From positions 8,599,853 to 8,663,852 of the forward strand of contig MU059059.1 of assembly GCA_013265495.1 (NCBI GenBank): DNA of 64,000 bases, in the 5' to 3' direction. The notes beneath the pieces were generated by a model that did no database searches, was not told the origin of the DNA, and saw only the letters and a list, made by a program, of their open reading frames with translations. Source of the stretch: Vicugna vicugna (lineage: Eukaryota). Within the stretch, counting starts at the first letter, position 1. The number at the start of each line of letters is the position of its first letter. Both the position numbers and the translations under genes were made by a program. Positions 23,804-36,098 of this stretch are shown here, piece after piece.

Positions 23804-24435
23804 AGTCCAGAGTTTGAAGGCTCCAGGACTGGTCAATAATTCACGGACTTCCACTGAGCAAATGATAGGCCGAGAAGGATGTGACCTGTTCCAGGGGCTC
23901 CGTAAATAAACCGGGATGGGGAGGAAGTGGTTCACTGCAAAAGGAAACAAAGCTCATACTTGTTTGGTCAGGAAGCCTCTGGCCTCCTGCCTGACGTGGT
24001 TGGCCTTTATAGATCCAGCCTCTCATTCAAACTGTGCTCTGGGCTGGTTTCATTTCATGCCCTTGGGGAACCTGGGCAGATGAGGACCATGAGTCAAGGT
24101 GACAGTGTAGACTGATCGCAGGAGAGGGCACTCTTAAACTGAACATAACTCAGCAGAGTTTGAATTGTCCATAAAAACCAGTTCTGATGAGAGAAATGTA
24201 AAGCAAATGAACGGCAGAACCATCCCCAGAAGATCTTCTTTCCCGCATCCCAGTCCTGACGTCCAATAAGCCATAAAGAACCACGTGTGGAGAAGAAACC
24301 AGGAGGTGATCAGCTCAGCTGGCCTCAAGGCCAGATGTGACCACAGGCCTCATCCTTTCACTGGCATCACCAGGCCTCTCTCCGTTCACAGGTCATCCCC
24401 TTTCTCAGACTCCTAAGGCTCAAAAGGACAAGAGG

Positions 24436-24916
24436 ATCTCTCTGTTTTGTAAATTAGTTCATTCATGTCCTTTTTTTTTTTAGATTCCCCATGTAAGTGA
24501 TGTCATATGGTATTTTCCTTTGTCTTTCTGGCTTACTTCACTTAGAACAACAATCTCCAGGTCCATCCATGGTGCTGCAAATAACATTATTTCATTCTTT
24601 TTTTATTGCTGAGTAGTATTCTATTATATAAATACACCACAACTTCTTTATCCAGTCATCTGTCGATGGGCATTTAGGTTGCTTCCATGGCTTGGCTATT
24701 GTAATAATACTGTTATGAACATTGGGATGCATGGACCTTTTCAAATTAGAGTTTCAAGGTCCTACTGTATAACACAGGGGACTCTATTCAATACTTTGTA
24801 ACGGCCTATAATGAAAAAGAATATGGAAAACAATACAGGTATATGTATGAATGAATCACTACGCTGTACACCAGAGATTAACACAACATTGTAAATCGAC
24901 TCTACTTCAATTTTAA
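24436..24916. mobile_element. 5'-inverted (twin-primed) L1 insertion
   Basis: Antisense L1 3' segment 24436 to about 24753, then sense L1 3' end from about 24755 to 24916; perfect TSD AAAAGGACAAGAGG at 24422-24435 and 24917-24930. Confidence 0.95.
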
Positions 24917-25074
24917 AAAAGGACAAGAGGTTGAAATGGACACTCAGTCTTCATGCCAACCCTCTCTCATTCTTTAGTTCTGCTTCTTGTAGCTGCTCTT
25001 GGGAGACAAAACAACAAAAACTGCCTTGTGATTTGCAATCTTAAAGAACGCAGAAGTCCACTTTAGAAGGTCAA

Positions 25075-25520
25075 AATTCTTCAATTTCACTTCTAGAAAC
25101 CTATCCTGCCAAAAATCTCACTCATGTGCACAAGATTGATGATTGCACATTGTCATGATTCTGAAAATTGGTAACAACCTAAAAGTCTATCAAGGGGTAA
25201 CTGGTTAATTAACGATGGTTCATCCATACTTCAAAGTGATTGGAAAGAATATTCCAGTAATGGACAGATATTTAATCATTTCACTATAGTGGTAAAAAAT
25301 GCAGAATAATAGACATAGTAGGACCACATTTTTTTTAATGTATGTGAAATCCATATGGTTGTAAATGTCCAGCTAAAGTTTGACTTAAAAGATGATCCTA
25401 AACCTAACAGTACTTATTTTGGAGACAGGGTGGAATCCAGTGGTTAGAGGAGGAGGAAGATGAGAGATTCAAAGAGAAATTTTCACTCTTTACTAAAGTA
25501 GCTCCATATTGTTTGAAGGA
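25075..25520 (+). mobile_element. Old L1 (L1ME-like) 3' end
   Basis: aatttcacttctagaaacctatcctg..aaaattggtaacaacctaaaagtctatcaagggg. Confidence 0.7.
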
Positions 25521-25659
25521 CAAAATTGCTTTTGAGATTTAAAATATAATTGAAAGATCACATGAGCTTTCAAGATATGTAATGGGAATCATCTGGTAAT
25601 TGGGTTCCAAATTTTAATTTGTTAAGAAAACCATGCTGTATCAGGAAAAAAATTCTGTC

Positions 25660-26070
25660 TCAAGATTAGGTTTAACTGTGAATAACAGATACCCAAAATA
25701 ACAGTGCTTCAGACAAGCGGGGGCTGTATTTCTTTGGAGGTAGATGATCCAGGGCTAATTTGGCAGCTATTTCCCTGCAACTCCTCCCTCTGGAGTGTAC
25801 GGCCTCTTCCTTGTGGTCTAAGCCGGGGCCTAGAGCAATAATTGTCTCACCCCGTCCTCAGAAGCAAAGTGGAGAAAGGGACCAAGAAGGCAGATTCGGA
25901 TCCGCTCTCTGCACGTTTTCCCCCGAATCACTGGCCTCTATATTCCATAAGCGTGTCAGTCCCAGTGAGTCTGCAATATGAGAGCCTGTGTTCTCTATAT
26001 ACGAGAATGTAATACACACATGAAATCCTCCCCACCATCCCATCCACCCCCGCTGACTCCAGACAAGGCA
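25660..26070 (-). mobile_element. Old MaLR LTR (MLT1H-K-like)
   Basis: aggtttaactgtgaataacagatacccaaaataacagtgcttcagacaag..tgatccagggct. Confidence 0.6.
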
Positions 26071-26544
26071 TAAGTAACTAAAGCCCTCTTCTAAGGGATT
26101 TCTTGTCTTGTTCTTCCTTCACTTCACCTCCCTCCTCTCCTCCTGCATTTCCTGCCCTCACTCTCACACCCGTGTAACACCCAGCAGGCACTGCCCAGAG
26201 CTGGAGGGTTCACTGCTGCTAACATGCACTGGGGGCTGCTAGATCCCATCACAGGATGGCAGGACGCACAAATGAAGGCTTCTCTTTCCGAATAGCGTTT
26301 GTAGAATTAGCTCTCAGAGCATGAGAAAAATACAAAGCATTAAAGATGCGGCCATTCAGCCAAGTATGGGTCCTGCTACTGGTCACAGAAACAGCTAATC
26401 TGGGTGTGTGTGGGTGTGGGTGTGCGCACGCGCGCGCGCACTGTTCATGAAATTTTAGCTACTTGTTCTCTCAACATCTCCCTCTCATTCAAACCCCTGA
26501 AATGTTTTACCAACATCTCTTTTATGACATTTTACTTTGCCTTT

Positions 26545-27415
26545 TTTTCCCAGCTGTACTGAAGTAGAATTGACATATAACATTGTATTAGTTTAAGGTA
26601 TGCAATATAATGATTTGATATATGTATATACAGTTGACCTTTGAACAATGCAGGGGTTGGAGCACCAACCCCCACACAGTTGAAAATTCACGTACAACTT
26701 GACAGTTGGCCTCCCTATACCTGCTTTGGCGTTCATCCATCTGTGGATCATGTAGTCCTACTTAGTGAAAAAAAATCCACTCACGCATATAAGTGGACTT
26801 ATGCAGTTCAAACTCATGTTAAGGGTCAATTGTTTTTGCAAAATCATCACCACAGTAAGTTTAGTTAACATCCCTCACCTCACATAGCTACATTTTTTTC
26901 TTGTGATGGGAACTTTTAAGATGTATTCTCTTAGCAACTTTCAAATATATAATACGGTATTGTTAACTATAGTCACCATGCTGTACATTACATCCCCAGA
27001 ATTGGAAGTTTGTATCCTTTGACCACTCACTTCCCTCATCCTCCACCTTTCAGCCCCCACCTTTGGCAACCATCAATCTGTTCTCTGTACCTATGAGTTT
27101 GGTTTTTTAGATTCCACATATAAGGAAAANNNNNNNNNNNNNNNNNNNNNNNNNNNNNNNNNNNNNNNNNNNNNNNNNNNNNNNNNNNNNNNNNNNNNNN
27201 NNNNNNNNNNNNNNNNNNNNNNNNNNNNNNNNNNNNNNNNNNNNNNNNNNNNNNNNNNNNNNNNNNNNNNNNNNNNNNNNNNNNNNNNNNNNNNNNNNNN
27301 NNNNNNNNNNNNNNNNNNNTCTTGGCAATTGTAAATAAGGATGCATTGAACATGGGGGTGCAGATACCGCTTCCAATTAGTGATTTTGTTTCCTTCAGCT
27401 GTATATCCCAAGGTG
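26545..27415 (-). mobile_element. L1 (L1MA9-like) 3' end, split by a Tigger MITE, contains N-run 27130-27319
   Basis: gaattgacatataacattgtattagtttaaggt..gaacttttaagatgtattctcttagcaactttcaaatat..ttagattccacatataag..cttggcaattgtaaat. Confidence 0.9.
26631..26832. mobile_element. Tigger1-derived MITE (TcMar-Tigger)
   Basis: Terminal inverted repeats cagttgacctttgaacaa / tgttaagggtcaattg; TA on the left flank. Confidence 0.9.
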
Positions 27416-27429
27416 GAATTGCTGAATTT

Positions 27430-27585
27430 TACTTTTTCTTTTGTTGTAGTTGTTTGCACATATATTCCATCACTCCTACTAGACCATAAACTTCTGGAGG
27501 GCAGAGATTATTTTGACACGTCTGTGTATCTTTGGCATCTAAAAAAGTGCCTGGCACGAGGCCAAAGCTCGGTGTCCATTGACAG
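27430..27585 (+). mobile_element. L2 3' end
   Basis: ctagaccataaacttctggagggcagagatt..agtgcctggcac. Confidence 0.75.
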
Positions 27586-28196
27586 AGTGCACCAGACATT
27601 ACTGAAACTAGAACAATATATGGCTTGCTAATTTCACCCCAAAAGATGGGTTACAGCTGCACAAAAACATTATGAGACCCTTTGAATACAAAAAAGAGGG
27701 AGGAGGTTTAAACAGGAGAACAAGGTGAAGCAGTGAGGTCACATTGTGGCACAGGCTTCCCCCTTCCCCTGGAGCCTCCCTTCATTACTAGAGTTGACAC
27801 TTCTTCCCTAAGCTCCTATCACACCGACAGCCTCTCCTAGGGCATCACTGCACATGCGCTGTCTGACTGGGTCAGCGCTCACTGCGACTTCCAACCACAC
27901 TGGCGACTCTCTCCAGTCGGGGACCTTGCCTTGTACTTCTGTATCTCTAATGTAGTGCTGGTTACCTAGTAAATGCTCAATAAACAATTTTTCCTTTAAC
28001 AGATGGTTAAATCATCTCTGGATATATTAAAGAGAAATATGTTTAGAAGATAAATAGGAACACATAAATGAGCCCAGTCTTTAAGGTTGTTTTCCTTTCC
28101 CTGTTTTATTTTTCCATAACACTTACCGCCTCCTGCCATACTATGTAATTTAATTTAGTGTATTTGGATGCTGTCCCTCTTCCCCTTGGCAATTAG

Positions 28197-28330
28197 AGTC
28201 TCATACATTGCTGGTGGATATAGAAGTTGTGACAACCAGTTTGGAGAACTATTTGGTAGTGTGTACCAAGGTTGTTACAACTTACACATTACTAACAATT
28301 CCACTTCTAAATATACACACATACAAGACC
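28197..28330 (+). mobile_element. Old L1 fragment
   Basis: tcatacattgctggtggatatagaagttgtgacaaccagtttggagaac..caattccacttcta. Confidence 0.65.
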
Positions 28331-28439
28331 AAAATTCTTAATGGAAGGCCTGGGTTGGCTGGCCACAGGCTTTGGTTATTTGTGTCTTCTTCTTCAGGAT
28401 TTAGAAGCTGCAGTTAGGAAAGAATACAAGATAGAAGAA

Positions 28440-29511
28440 ATTCATCTTGATGTATCATTTCCTCTCACCTCTGCAACATTTAATTCTTCATCAGTTCCTA
28501 TCAATTACAGATACCCTCCCAATGTATTTGGAATCCCCATTTCTCTCCACACCTACCTCCATCACCCAGTCTTAACAACATTTCTCACCCACGTTACTGC
28601 AGTATTGTCCAAGTGCTCTCTCTCCCCTTGCCTTCCAGTTCCAGCCCAAATCCACAAAGTAACCAATGTGATACTTCTCTTCTACCTAGAATAAAGCCTG
28701 ACTTTGTCACCAGCTCACAGGCCCCAACTGATCTGCGCCTGCATGAGAATTTCCGACTCTGACTTACTCTTCACCGCTTCTGCTCATTAGGCTCCAAATA
28801 CTCAGGTTTTTTTTTCTTTTTAAACTACCTTAATTGAGTTGTAACTCAAATTCACACAGTCCACGCATTTAAAGTATACAATTTAATGTCTTTCAGTATA
28901 TTCACAGAGTTGCACAACCATCACCACAGTCAATGTTAGAACATTTTATCACCCCCCTCCCCCCGCCAAAATCCTGTACCCATTAGCAATCACTCCTCAC
29001 CTCCCCCCAACTTCCCAGCCCAAGGCCACACTAATCAAGTTTCTGTCTTTATAGACTTGTCTGGTCTTATTTTTAGCTCTTGAACCCACCAAGCTCTTTC
29101 CTGTGTCAGGTCCATGCACGTGCTATTTCCTCTGCCTGGAAGTGTCTCCGGTCTGCTCTCTAGGGCTGCCCACGCCCTTCGCCCCACACCTGGTGTGGCT
29201 ACTTCCTCCTCTCTCAGGCCGAACCCAAAACATAATCTCTTCAGGGCTTTCCTGAATACCTTATCTAAGACTAGATTCCCAACACTTTATCGAAGCTCCT
29301 TGTTTGTTTTCCTCTTATACCTCCACAGCTGATAATCATCAGCTTACTAACTTTTTATTTCCTGATTCTTTTCAGGTGATTTTAAACATAATGAGGGGAG
29401 TGAATCTCTCTCTAGTTCTCTCTTGTAGTTCTAGCTCCTACAGCCGGGCCTGGCACTTAGAATACCCTCAATAGACATTTGACAAATGAATGAACAAGTG
29501 AATGAATGAAT
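28440..29511 (+). mobile_element. L2a-like element split by L1MB
   Basis: L2 body 28440 to about 28806, resuming about 29075 (cttgaacccaccaagctctttcctg..gctatttcctctgcctggaa) and ending gcctggcac..tgaatgaacaagtgaatgaatgaat. Confidence 0.8.
28807..29070 (-). mobile_element. L1MB-like 3' end
   Basis: Poly-T then aattcacacagtccacgcatttaaagtatacaatt..cagagttgcacaaccatcaccac..ctgtacccattagcaatcactcc. Confidence 0.9.
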
Positions 29512-30352
29512 ACAGAGTTCAGCTATCTGGCATTGCCTGGAAGTAAGACTTGCCTATTTCAAGCGGCAGAAATTACAATGCACCCTCATTTAATAAGCTA
29601 GCTCTTTTTGCTGACTCAGGACAGGAGTTTTGGAACAAGTTTCTCCTCAAATCATCTTGAACAGCTGGCCTGAGTGTGTCTCCCCCCAAAACAAGGTTAG
29701 TTGGCCCAAATAAGTTTCAGCAGAATGATCCAGTGCAGTATGGTAAGCAGCAGAACGTTCCCACGTGAGAGCAGCGGGGTGGCACTTGGGAGGTCTTCCT
29801 TCCCCTCTTCTCAAGACGGCAATACTGATTGGCTGCTCTTTCTCCTTAAACACTAATAGCACAACGCCCCCTTGCTGTTAATGATTGTCTGATCATTAGA
29901 CAAGACAGCAACCCTGTCCACCAAGTCTTCATACTGCTATAGAGGATCCATTTAGTGTTTCTTTAGTGTAAAAAGGTGGGTAAGGAGCCTCTTCCATCAC
30001 CATCAGCCCTGTCCAAGATTCAGGAGTCAGCTCTGGGCAAAACCAGATGTAAACCAGTTGAAGGAAAGGATGTACTCTGTTCCCACCTATATGGGCTGCT
30101 ATGCCACCCCCAACCAAATACACATCCAAGAAGCTCGCCAGTAACTACTTCTGACCATTTATTAAATGAGTGACAACCGATTAGGTAGTATGTCCCATCT
30201 TTCTTTCCTGCTTTCATCCTGCCCACCCCTCACACCTTGGTTACCCTCCTTGCCAATCCTGAACTTCCAGTCTGCTCAGCTGTCTCAGTCACAGAGAAAG
30301 TCAGTCTGGTTGACACACCCACCCTATGTGGGTTTTGTTTTCTGGACGTAAG

Positions 30353-30558
30353 CCGTGGCATGCTGGACCTGTTTATGATGGTTTTTAAAAGCCAACTGTG
30401 CGTATCTCTTTTTAAGCCTGCGTTCAGTGACAGCAGGTTGGTAGCTTGAAATCAAGAATGATGGGAATATTTATACCAGAGGAGTTGGCAAATGCTACAC
30501 GTTAGGGCCTTTTTAAAAAACCATTACCATTTTTTAGACCTTTACCAGTACACCATCG
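30353..30558 (+). mobile_element. hAT-Tip100 MITE (MER69A-like)
   Basis: ccgtggcatgctgg..cctgcgttcagtgac..gttggtagcttgaaatc..tttaccagtacaccatcg. Confidence 0.75.
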
Positions 30559-31114
30559 ATGTAATACATTAATGTTATTCCCTATCTGTCCCACCCACCC
30601 ACTTTTCTAAGAGAATTCTGTACCAGGCTTAATTCAAAGAAGGACTTACCAAGACTCAGAGGCTGTACATTTATGAAGCAAATAATTCTTCCCACTCTCC
30701 TGCTCAGCCTCTTTCACAGCTTTCACTGTTAACTGCTTTCAAACCTTAACTCTGCTCTTAACAATGCACTTCACAGATCGCCAAAACAGGCTCAAATCAA
30801 ATTAGGGGTTTTAGCTAACTTCTTTACATCAGTTTAGAGAGAATGAAAACTCTCTCATGCAGAGATGCCTTCCAGTCCTCAAACTGAACCAGACTTGGTA
30901 CTTAAAAGTAATACCGGTTCACATATATATGAACAGATGTACATGTATCAGTATATGTAATACACATTTTTTTTTTCATTCAACCATCTACACTTCTGGC
31001 CTCTGAGACCAGAACTACCCTAAAATTCCATAGGAAGTTACCTGTTTCCTGGCCTAGTGACTGTAGCACAGAGTCTTAGAATTTTAGTTCAGAAAAATAA
31101 GAGATTACCTGATA

Positions 31115-31268
31115 CAGTGCACTGGTCCTCAGCCTGGCTATACACTAGCATCGCCTGGGGAACTTGTCAGAAATGACTCTCTAAGCCGTACCCTGGGTTG
31201 GAATCAGGCATTTCTAGTTTTAGAAGCTTCCCAAGTGATTCTACGGTGTCATCAGAGAGAACCACTGA
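31115..31268. mobile_element. MER5A-like hAT-Charlie MITE
   Basis: catcgcctggggaacttgtcagaaatg..agcttcccaagtgattct..gagaaccactgatcta. Confidence 0.75.
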
Positions 31269-31754
31269 TCTAATCACCCCCTCAATTTTCAGAAGAGAAA
31301 CCCAAGCCCCAGGGCAGCTGAGTGAAGACAGAACTCATCTACGACTCAAGTCTCCCAGACCACAGATCTTTCACAATCACGCTCCATCCCTCAGGACTTC
31401 CCCAGTCCTGTTTCATGAGCCCCTAAACATGACTCACAGCAACAATGAAGATTTTCTACAGCAGGAATCTCATAAGGGGCAGGGGTTTCTATAAGGCCTG
31501 ATTTCATTCACAAGTTGAACTGATCCCTGATCTTGAGCAAATGGTTTCCTTACATTTTCCCAGTGTTCAGTATTTTCTAAAAACAAAGGGAGAATCCTTG
31601 TGATAAGAGATGCTACTGTAAATTATATAAAGATGGGGACCACTGTGTCTAATCTTCACTGCGTCAAGCACAGGGCCTGATCAAGGGCCACACACCCACT
31701 GACCCATCTATAAATGCTGGATGTGTTCACTACTTTGGCCAGATGTTTGGCCAT

Positions 31755-31985
31755 TTGATGATGTGGTTTAAGGTGTGGACTGTGAGGCCCTATATCCTGA
31801 GTTCAAATCCTGACTCCACTCCTGACCAGTCAGAGACCTTGAGTGAGTTATTTAATCACTCTGTGCCTCAGTTGCAAAGAATTAAAGCATTTTTAAATCT
31901 GCTGCACAAATTAAAGAAGTAGCGTATAGAGAGTGCTTAGCACGTTGGCTGGTCCAGAACCACTCAACAAATACTAGTTATCACT
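31755..31985 (+). mobile_element. MIR, near full length
   Basis: cctgagttcaaatcctgactccac..gttatttaatcactctgtgcctcagtt..agtgcttagcac. Confidence 0.85.
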
Positions 31986-32359
31986 GTTTGGCTGCATCAG
32001 CGTCTCCCTTTACTTGATTCCTGCTGGGAGAGGAGAGGAGCAATATGAGTGATGAGGGGCCAGGAAGGGGCAGCCTTTGTGCATCTTGAACTGGAATCTC
32101 GCCTTGGCCTTGAGGAAGAAGCTATACTGAACCCCCAGGGGCACCCCAAGGACAACACACAACAGGGGGCCTGGAGCAGAGGACTCTGGGCTGGCCCCTT
32201 CTTCCTTCTTCAGTGAATATCATTGATTCTTTTCCTTTTTTAGACACTATATTACTTAAAAAAAAAAGTACGTGATTCTAACAGTTAATCAGAAAATATG
32301 TTAGCTTATAAAAAATGCAATCTATAGAAGATCTTTCAGGAACACTAGTATTACCTGTT

Positions 32360-32570
32360 TTACTTTTTAAAATTGAGCTGTAATTGACATGTAACATATT
32401 AGTTTCAGGTGTACCACATAATGATGCAATATTTGTATATGTTGTGAAATGATTCATCACCACACATAGTTATACATTTTTCTTTCTTGTGATGAGAACT
32501 TTTAAGATTTACTCTCTTAGCAACTTTCAAGTAAACAGCACAGTATTATTGATGGTGCTGTACATTAGGC
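32360..32570 (-). mobile_element. L1MA9-like 3' end fragment
   Basis: taattgacatgtaacatattagtttcaggtgtac..gaacttttaagatttactctcttagcaactttcaa. Confidence 0.85.
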
Positions 32571-33689
32571 ACTGATTCTGGAGGGCGGCAGCCCCACTAA
32601 TCCTTCTCTTGTCTCTCTAACTAGGCACCAGGCTGCAGGGCGGAGCTGTGACCCTGAGGAGAGCTGGTACCATGCCAGCACAGCAGCCAAGCACTTCTGC
32701 TCCCCCTAGGGCTGTTTCTCAGCTCAAGCTTATGTTTTCCCCAGCATCCTAGTTCAGCCTCTCCTAAACTGATAGAAGATGCTATCACAAACCTGTCCCC
32801 GTTCATAACATTGACATGGCTTCTGCTCTTGAGATCAGTTTTTAATGAAAACTCCCATGAGATCTAAGCAGAGCCAAGGAAGGAATGGAGAATGATAAAT
32901 GTCCCAAAGCAAAATGAGATACAGTTCAGAGATGGTTGGACTGCAGTTGCTCTTTTAGACATTTTACGAAAGACATTGGCAAAAGTGTCAAAAGCCTTTG
33001 TCTCAGTTCCAAATGTTAGCACAGGATATTTTCTTCTGGCCAGAAGCATTATCAGAGGCAGAAATGCATTCTCACTTAGGGACTCTTGTGGAGTCTAGTC
33101 TTCAACTAGAGCGTGTTTCTAAAACTGGCTTGAAGGTTGTGGAATGACGGATTTGATGCAAAGAAGCATGCAGAAGATCAAAATGTAGCTGGACAGGGCT
33201 TTCAGAATCTCATTAGATGAAAGCCTGAATTTACAAATACTTTAGCATGCAACTATTCACTTTTCCAAAGGATTCACCATCCACCCAGGCAGGGCAGAAT
33301 GCATGTGTATGTAAATATTTTCTTTTCTTATTTTCCCCACCAGTTGGCCCTGTAACAGTTTTTTCAGTTCTCCTTAATAGCTGCCCTCCCCCAACCCACC
33401 GCTGTTCCTAGCAATTTATCCAAGCTTGAATTTCCCCAAACCTGATAACCTAAGGAAATCAGGAAATCTTCAGACATTTCAAAATAAGCATCTCCTCCCA
33501 GCTCAGAATAGTCAATTTGCCTATCACGATAATATGCTTGAACTGGTGAGAGGGTATCTTACCTTCACCTACCATTAAGAATTTACTATAGAATTTTTCT
33601 TAGAGACAAATTTTAATATTATTTAATTTACAAAAAAAATTATTTGCACATAACATTTCAGGACCATGAAGTTTGGAGCCAGAAGTTCC

Positions 33690-33832
33690 TAAGATATGAG
33701 CTAGTCACAAACCTTCACTTTAGAAATGAAGAAACCAAGCTCAGCAAGATGAAGAGAATCCTTCTAGGATCACAAGAAAAATTCTTCCATAGTTAGAAGC
33801 AAAGTTAGAATTGGAACCCAAGATGTCTGACT
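33690..33832 (-). mobile_element. MIR (MIR3/MIRc-like)
   Basis: tttagaaatgaagaaaccaagctcagc..ggaacccaagatgtctgactc. Confidence 0.55.
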
Positions 33833-33844
33833 CATGATTGATTG

Positions 33845-33911
33845 TATATAAAATATATATATATATACACACATATACATATATGTATACATATACATAT
33901 ATACACACACA
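33845..33911. repeat. (TA)n/(CATATA)n compound simple repeat
   Basis: Read directly from sequence. Confidence 0.9.
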
Positions 33912-33914
33912 TCA

Positions 33915-34235
33915 TAAAATAGTTATTGAGCAATTAGTATATACCAAACACTGTACAAGATACTAGGACAAATAAACCAAAAAGATACATTCCTGCTCTC
34001 ATGTGTGGTAGTAAAGCTGATCTACAGATACAAAGTCAAATGTTATGAAAAGAAGACAGCAGGGTACTTGACCTGGTCTGGGGGCTCAGGGACCACTTCC
34101 CTGCAGAAATGGTATTTGAGCTGAAATCTAATAGATGGATGAATAAGTTACTAAGATGAAGAGGTGTGGCCTGGGAGGAGCAGGAGGCTTCAGGCAGAAG
34201 GGACCACAAGTGCAAAGATCCTAAGTGTTTTCCAG
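33915..34235 (-). mobile_element. L2 fragment
   Basis: gttattgagcaattagtatataccaaacactgtac..tttgagctgaaatcta..caagtgcaaagatcct. Confidence 0.65.
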
Positions 34236-34239
34236 TATA

Positions 34240-34461
34240 CAGTTGATTTGTGGATGAATGCAAGGGGATTAGGCGGCAGGGCATGGACTCACCTCCATGC
34301 AGTTAAAAATCTGAGCATAACTTTATAGTCCCCTCTATCCACATTCACACATTAAACCCAGAAACCCTTCAGATCGTTTAGTGCCGTAATACATATTTAT
34401 TTTAAAAAGTCCATCAAGGGGACCCATGCAGTTCATACCCATGTTGTTCAAGGGTCAACTC
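34240..34461. mobile_element. Tigger1-derived MITE
   Basis: TA|cagttga...ttgttcaagggtcaactc|TA; TA target-site duplication on both sides. Confidence 0.85.
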
Positions 34462-36098
34462 TATATTATCAGTATTTCTTGACCAATGAATCATATAAAA
34501 GGCACGCTTTTTCAGCCATCTTGTTTTTAGCTTTTCTTTGATTTAGGTAGGTCTAATTTAAGAATATAATGTTCAATCACAAACCTGTGTTGGTGACAAG
34601 AATCAGCAAGCACTAGCTGTACTTAGGAGGAAGGTGAAACTGGAGTGACTTGTTTGGTATGATTTTTTTTTTTACTTATAAAAATAAAGAATTGATTGGA
34701 ACTCACTCTAAACTCATCAAAGCATTCATTTTCCGTCTCCTTTCATATTATTCCAGAACTGGAAAAGATTTAACTCACCCCAAGTGTCTTTCACCTAATT
34801 CCCATTAAACTCAATTCCTTATTTATACCTTCCCACTTTCTTTTCCTGAAACAAAAGGAAAATAGCATAACTTTAGAAGCATAGAGATCATGATACCAGA
34901 TGGGAAATAAGAGCTTTGGAACTACTAGGGAGATCTCAGTATCTTCTTTCTTCTTAAAAGCAAGGAAATTTGAAACGCGTAAGTGAGCTCTGCATATAGA
35001 AGGAGGTGGGAAAGAGCAGTGAGGAAAGGGGGCACCAGGGAAGTGATGCCATTAGGACTGTTTGTGGTTTTCAGTCCGTTCTTCTAGATGTGAACTGCTG
35101 CAGGCTGATTGGAGTGCCTCTCTTGCCTGGTCTTTTCACCTTCTCCCAACAGTCAACCCACTACACATCTTAAACTGCCAGGTCTAGAGTAGTTAGAAGT
35201 TGTAGTGAGGCATAAGATGCAAATGAGCAAGTTTGCACACCAACTTGATCCCTGGATGTGGAGTTCTAGTCGTAATCCCAAATGGGGAGAATCAAGGGCA
35301 TTGGAGCTGTGACAGAGAGCTGACAGCTTCTCATTTTGGGAGGGGAAAGCATGGGCAGTCAATGGCCATACACATGTGTTTTTCTGTGCTTCTGTGTTTG
35401 CACTAGACATAAGCTCTTGAGTCTTTTAACATGCTGAATCTCAGTGGAACATTATGATTCATGTGGGTGTTACCTGTTACCGTGGCAAAAGAAATAAAGC
35501 ATTCTTTCAGGAACTTTCTAGTCTGAGTGTTCAAATGTATGTCACAATAAATATTGAAAGCGTGTAGGATGTAGGCTACAAGGCCACATGGGAACATTGG
35601 TTTAGGAAATCCTGAACCCACAAGAATATTGGGCTACCAGCGACAATATATAGAAGAGTCACAAAAGACAATGGTGTGACTATGTAATTAGTCTATGGAG
35701 ATGATCTTAAAGAATGAGTCTACCAGGAGTTCTGTAACTCCAAAAATGATTAAGCCATGTGGTCCATTAATATGGCTTCACCAACATTCTTCAGTTTTCT
35801 CTTCTCTCAGTTCTTCTATCTGTCTGCAGTACCAGCCTCCCATCACTTCTAGGACAGAAGCCTGGAGTTAGCTTTTTCCATTCCCCATCGTTAATCATCT
35901 GTACACAATCCATCACCAAGTCTGTTTCTTTCTTCCTTCATTAATCTCTTGGGTTTGTTCTTTGAGGTTCTTTTTCTTTCCAGCTTTATGCCCTCATCAC
36001 CTCAGCTGGAATACTGCAATCATCCAGCTGGTCCATGATTAACCAACTCCTCTTCTGTGCTTAGAGAAGTCTCCACTGTGTAACTCTTGATGGGAGGC

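Noticed and set aside
29870-30190. Non-repeat-looking segment with several overlapping short open frames; considered as a processed pseudogene
   Set aside because: No recognisable protein similarity, poly-A or TSD; a BLASTX/Dfam search would be needed to revive it
30640-30740. Minus-strand TTG|GTAAGT donor with an open frame (KAVKEAEQESGKNY...)
   Set aside because: No polypyrimidine tract at the plausible acceptors and an in-frame stop just upstream
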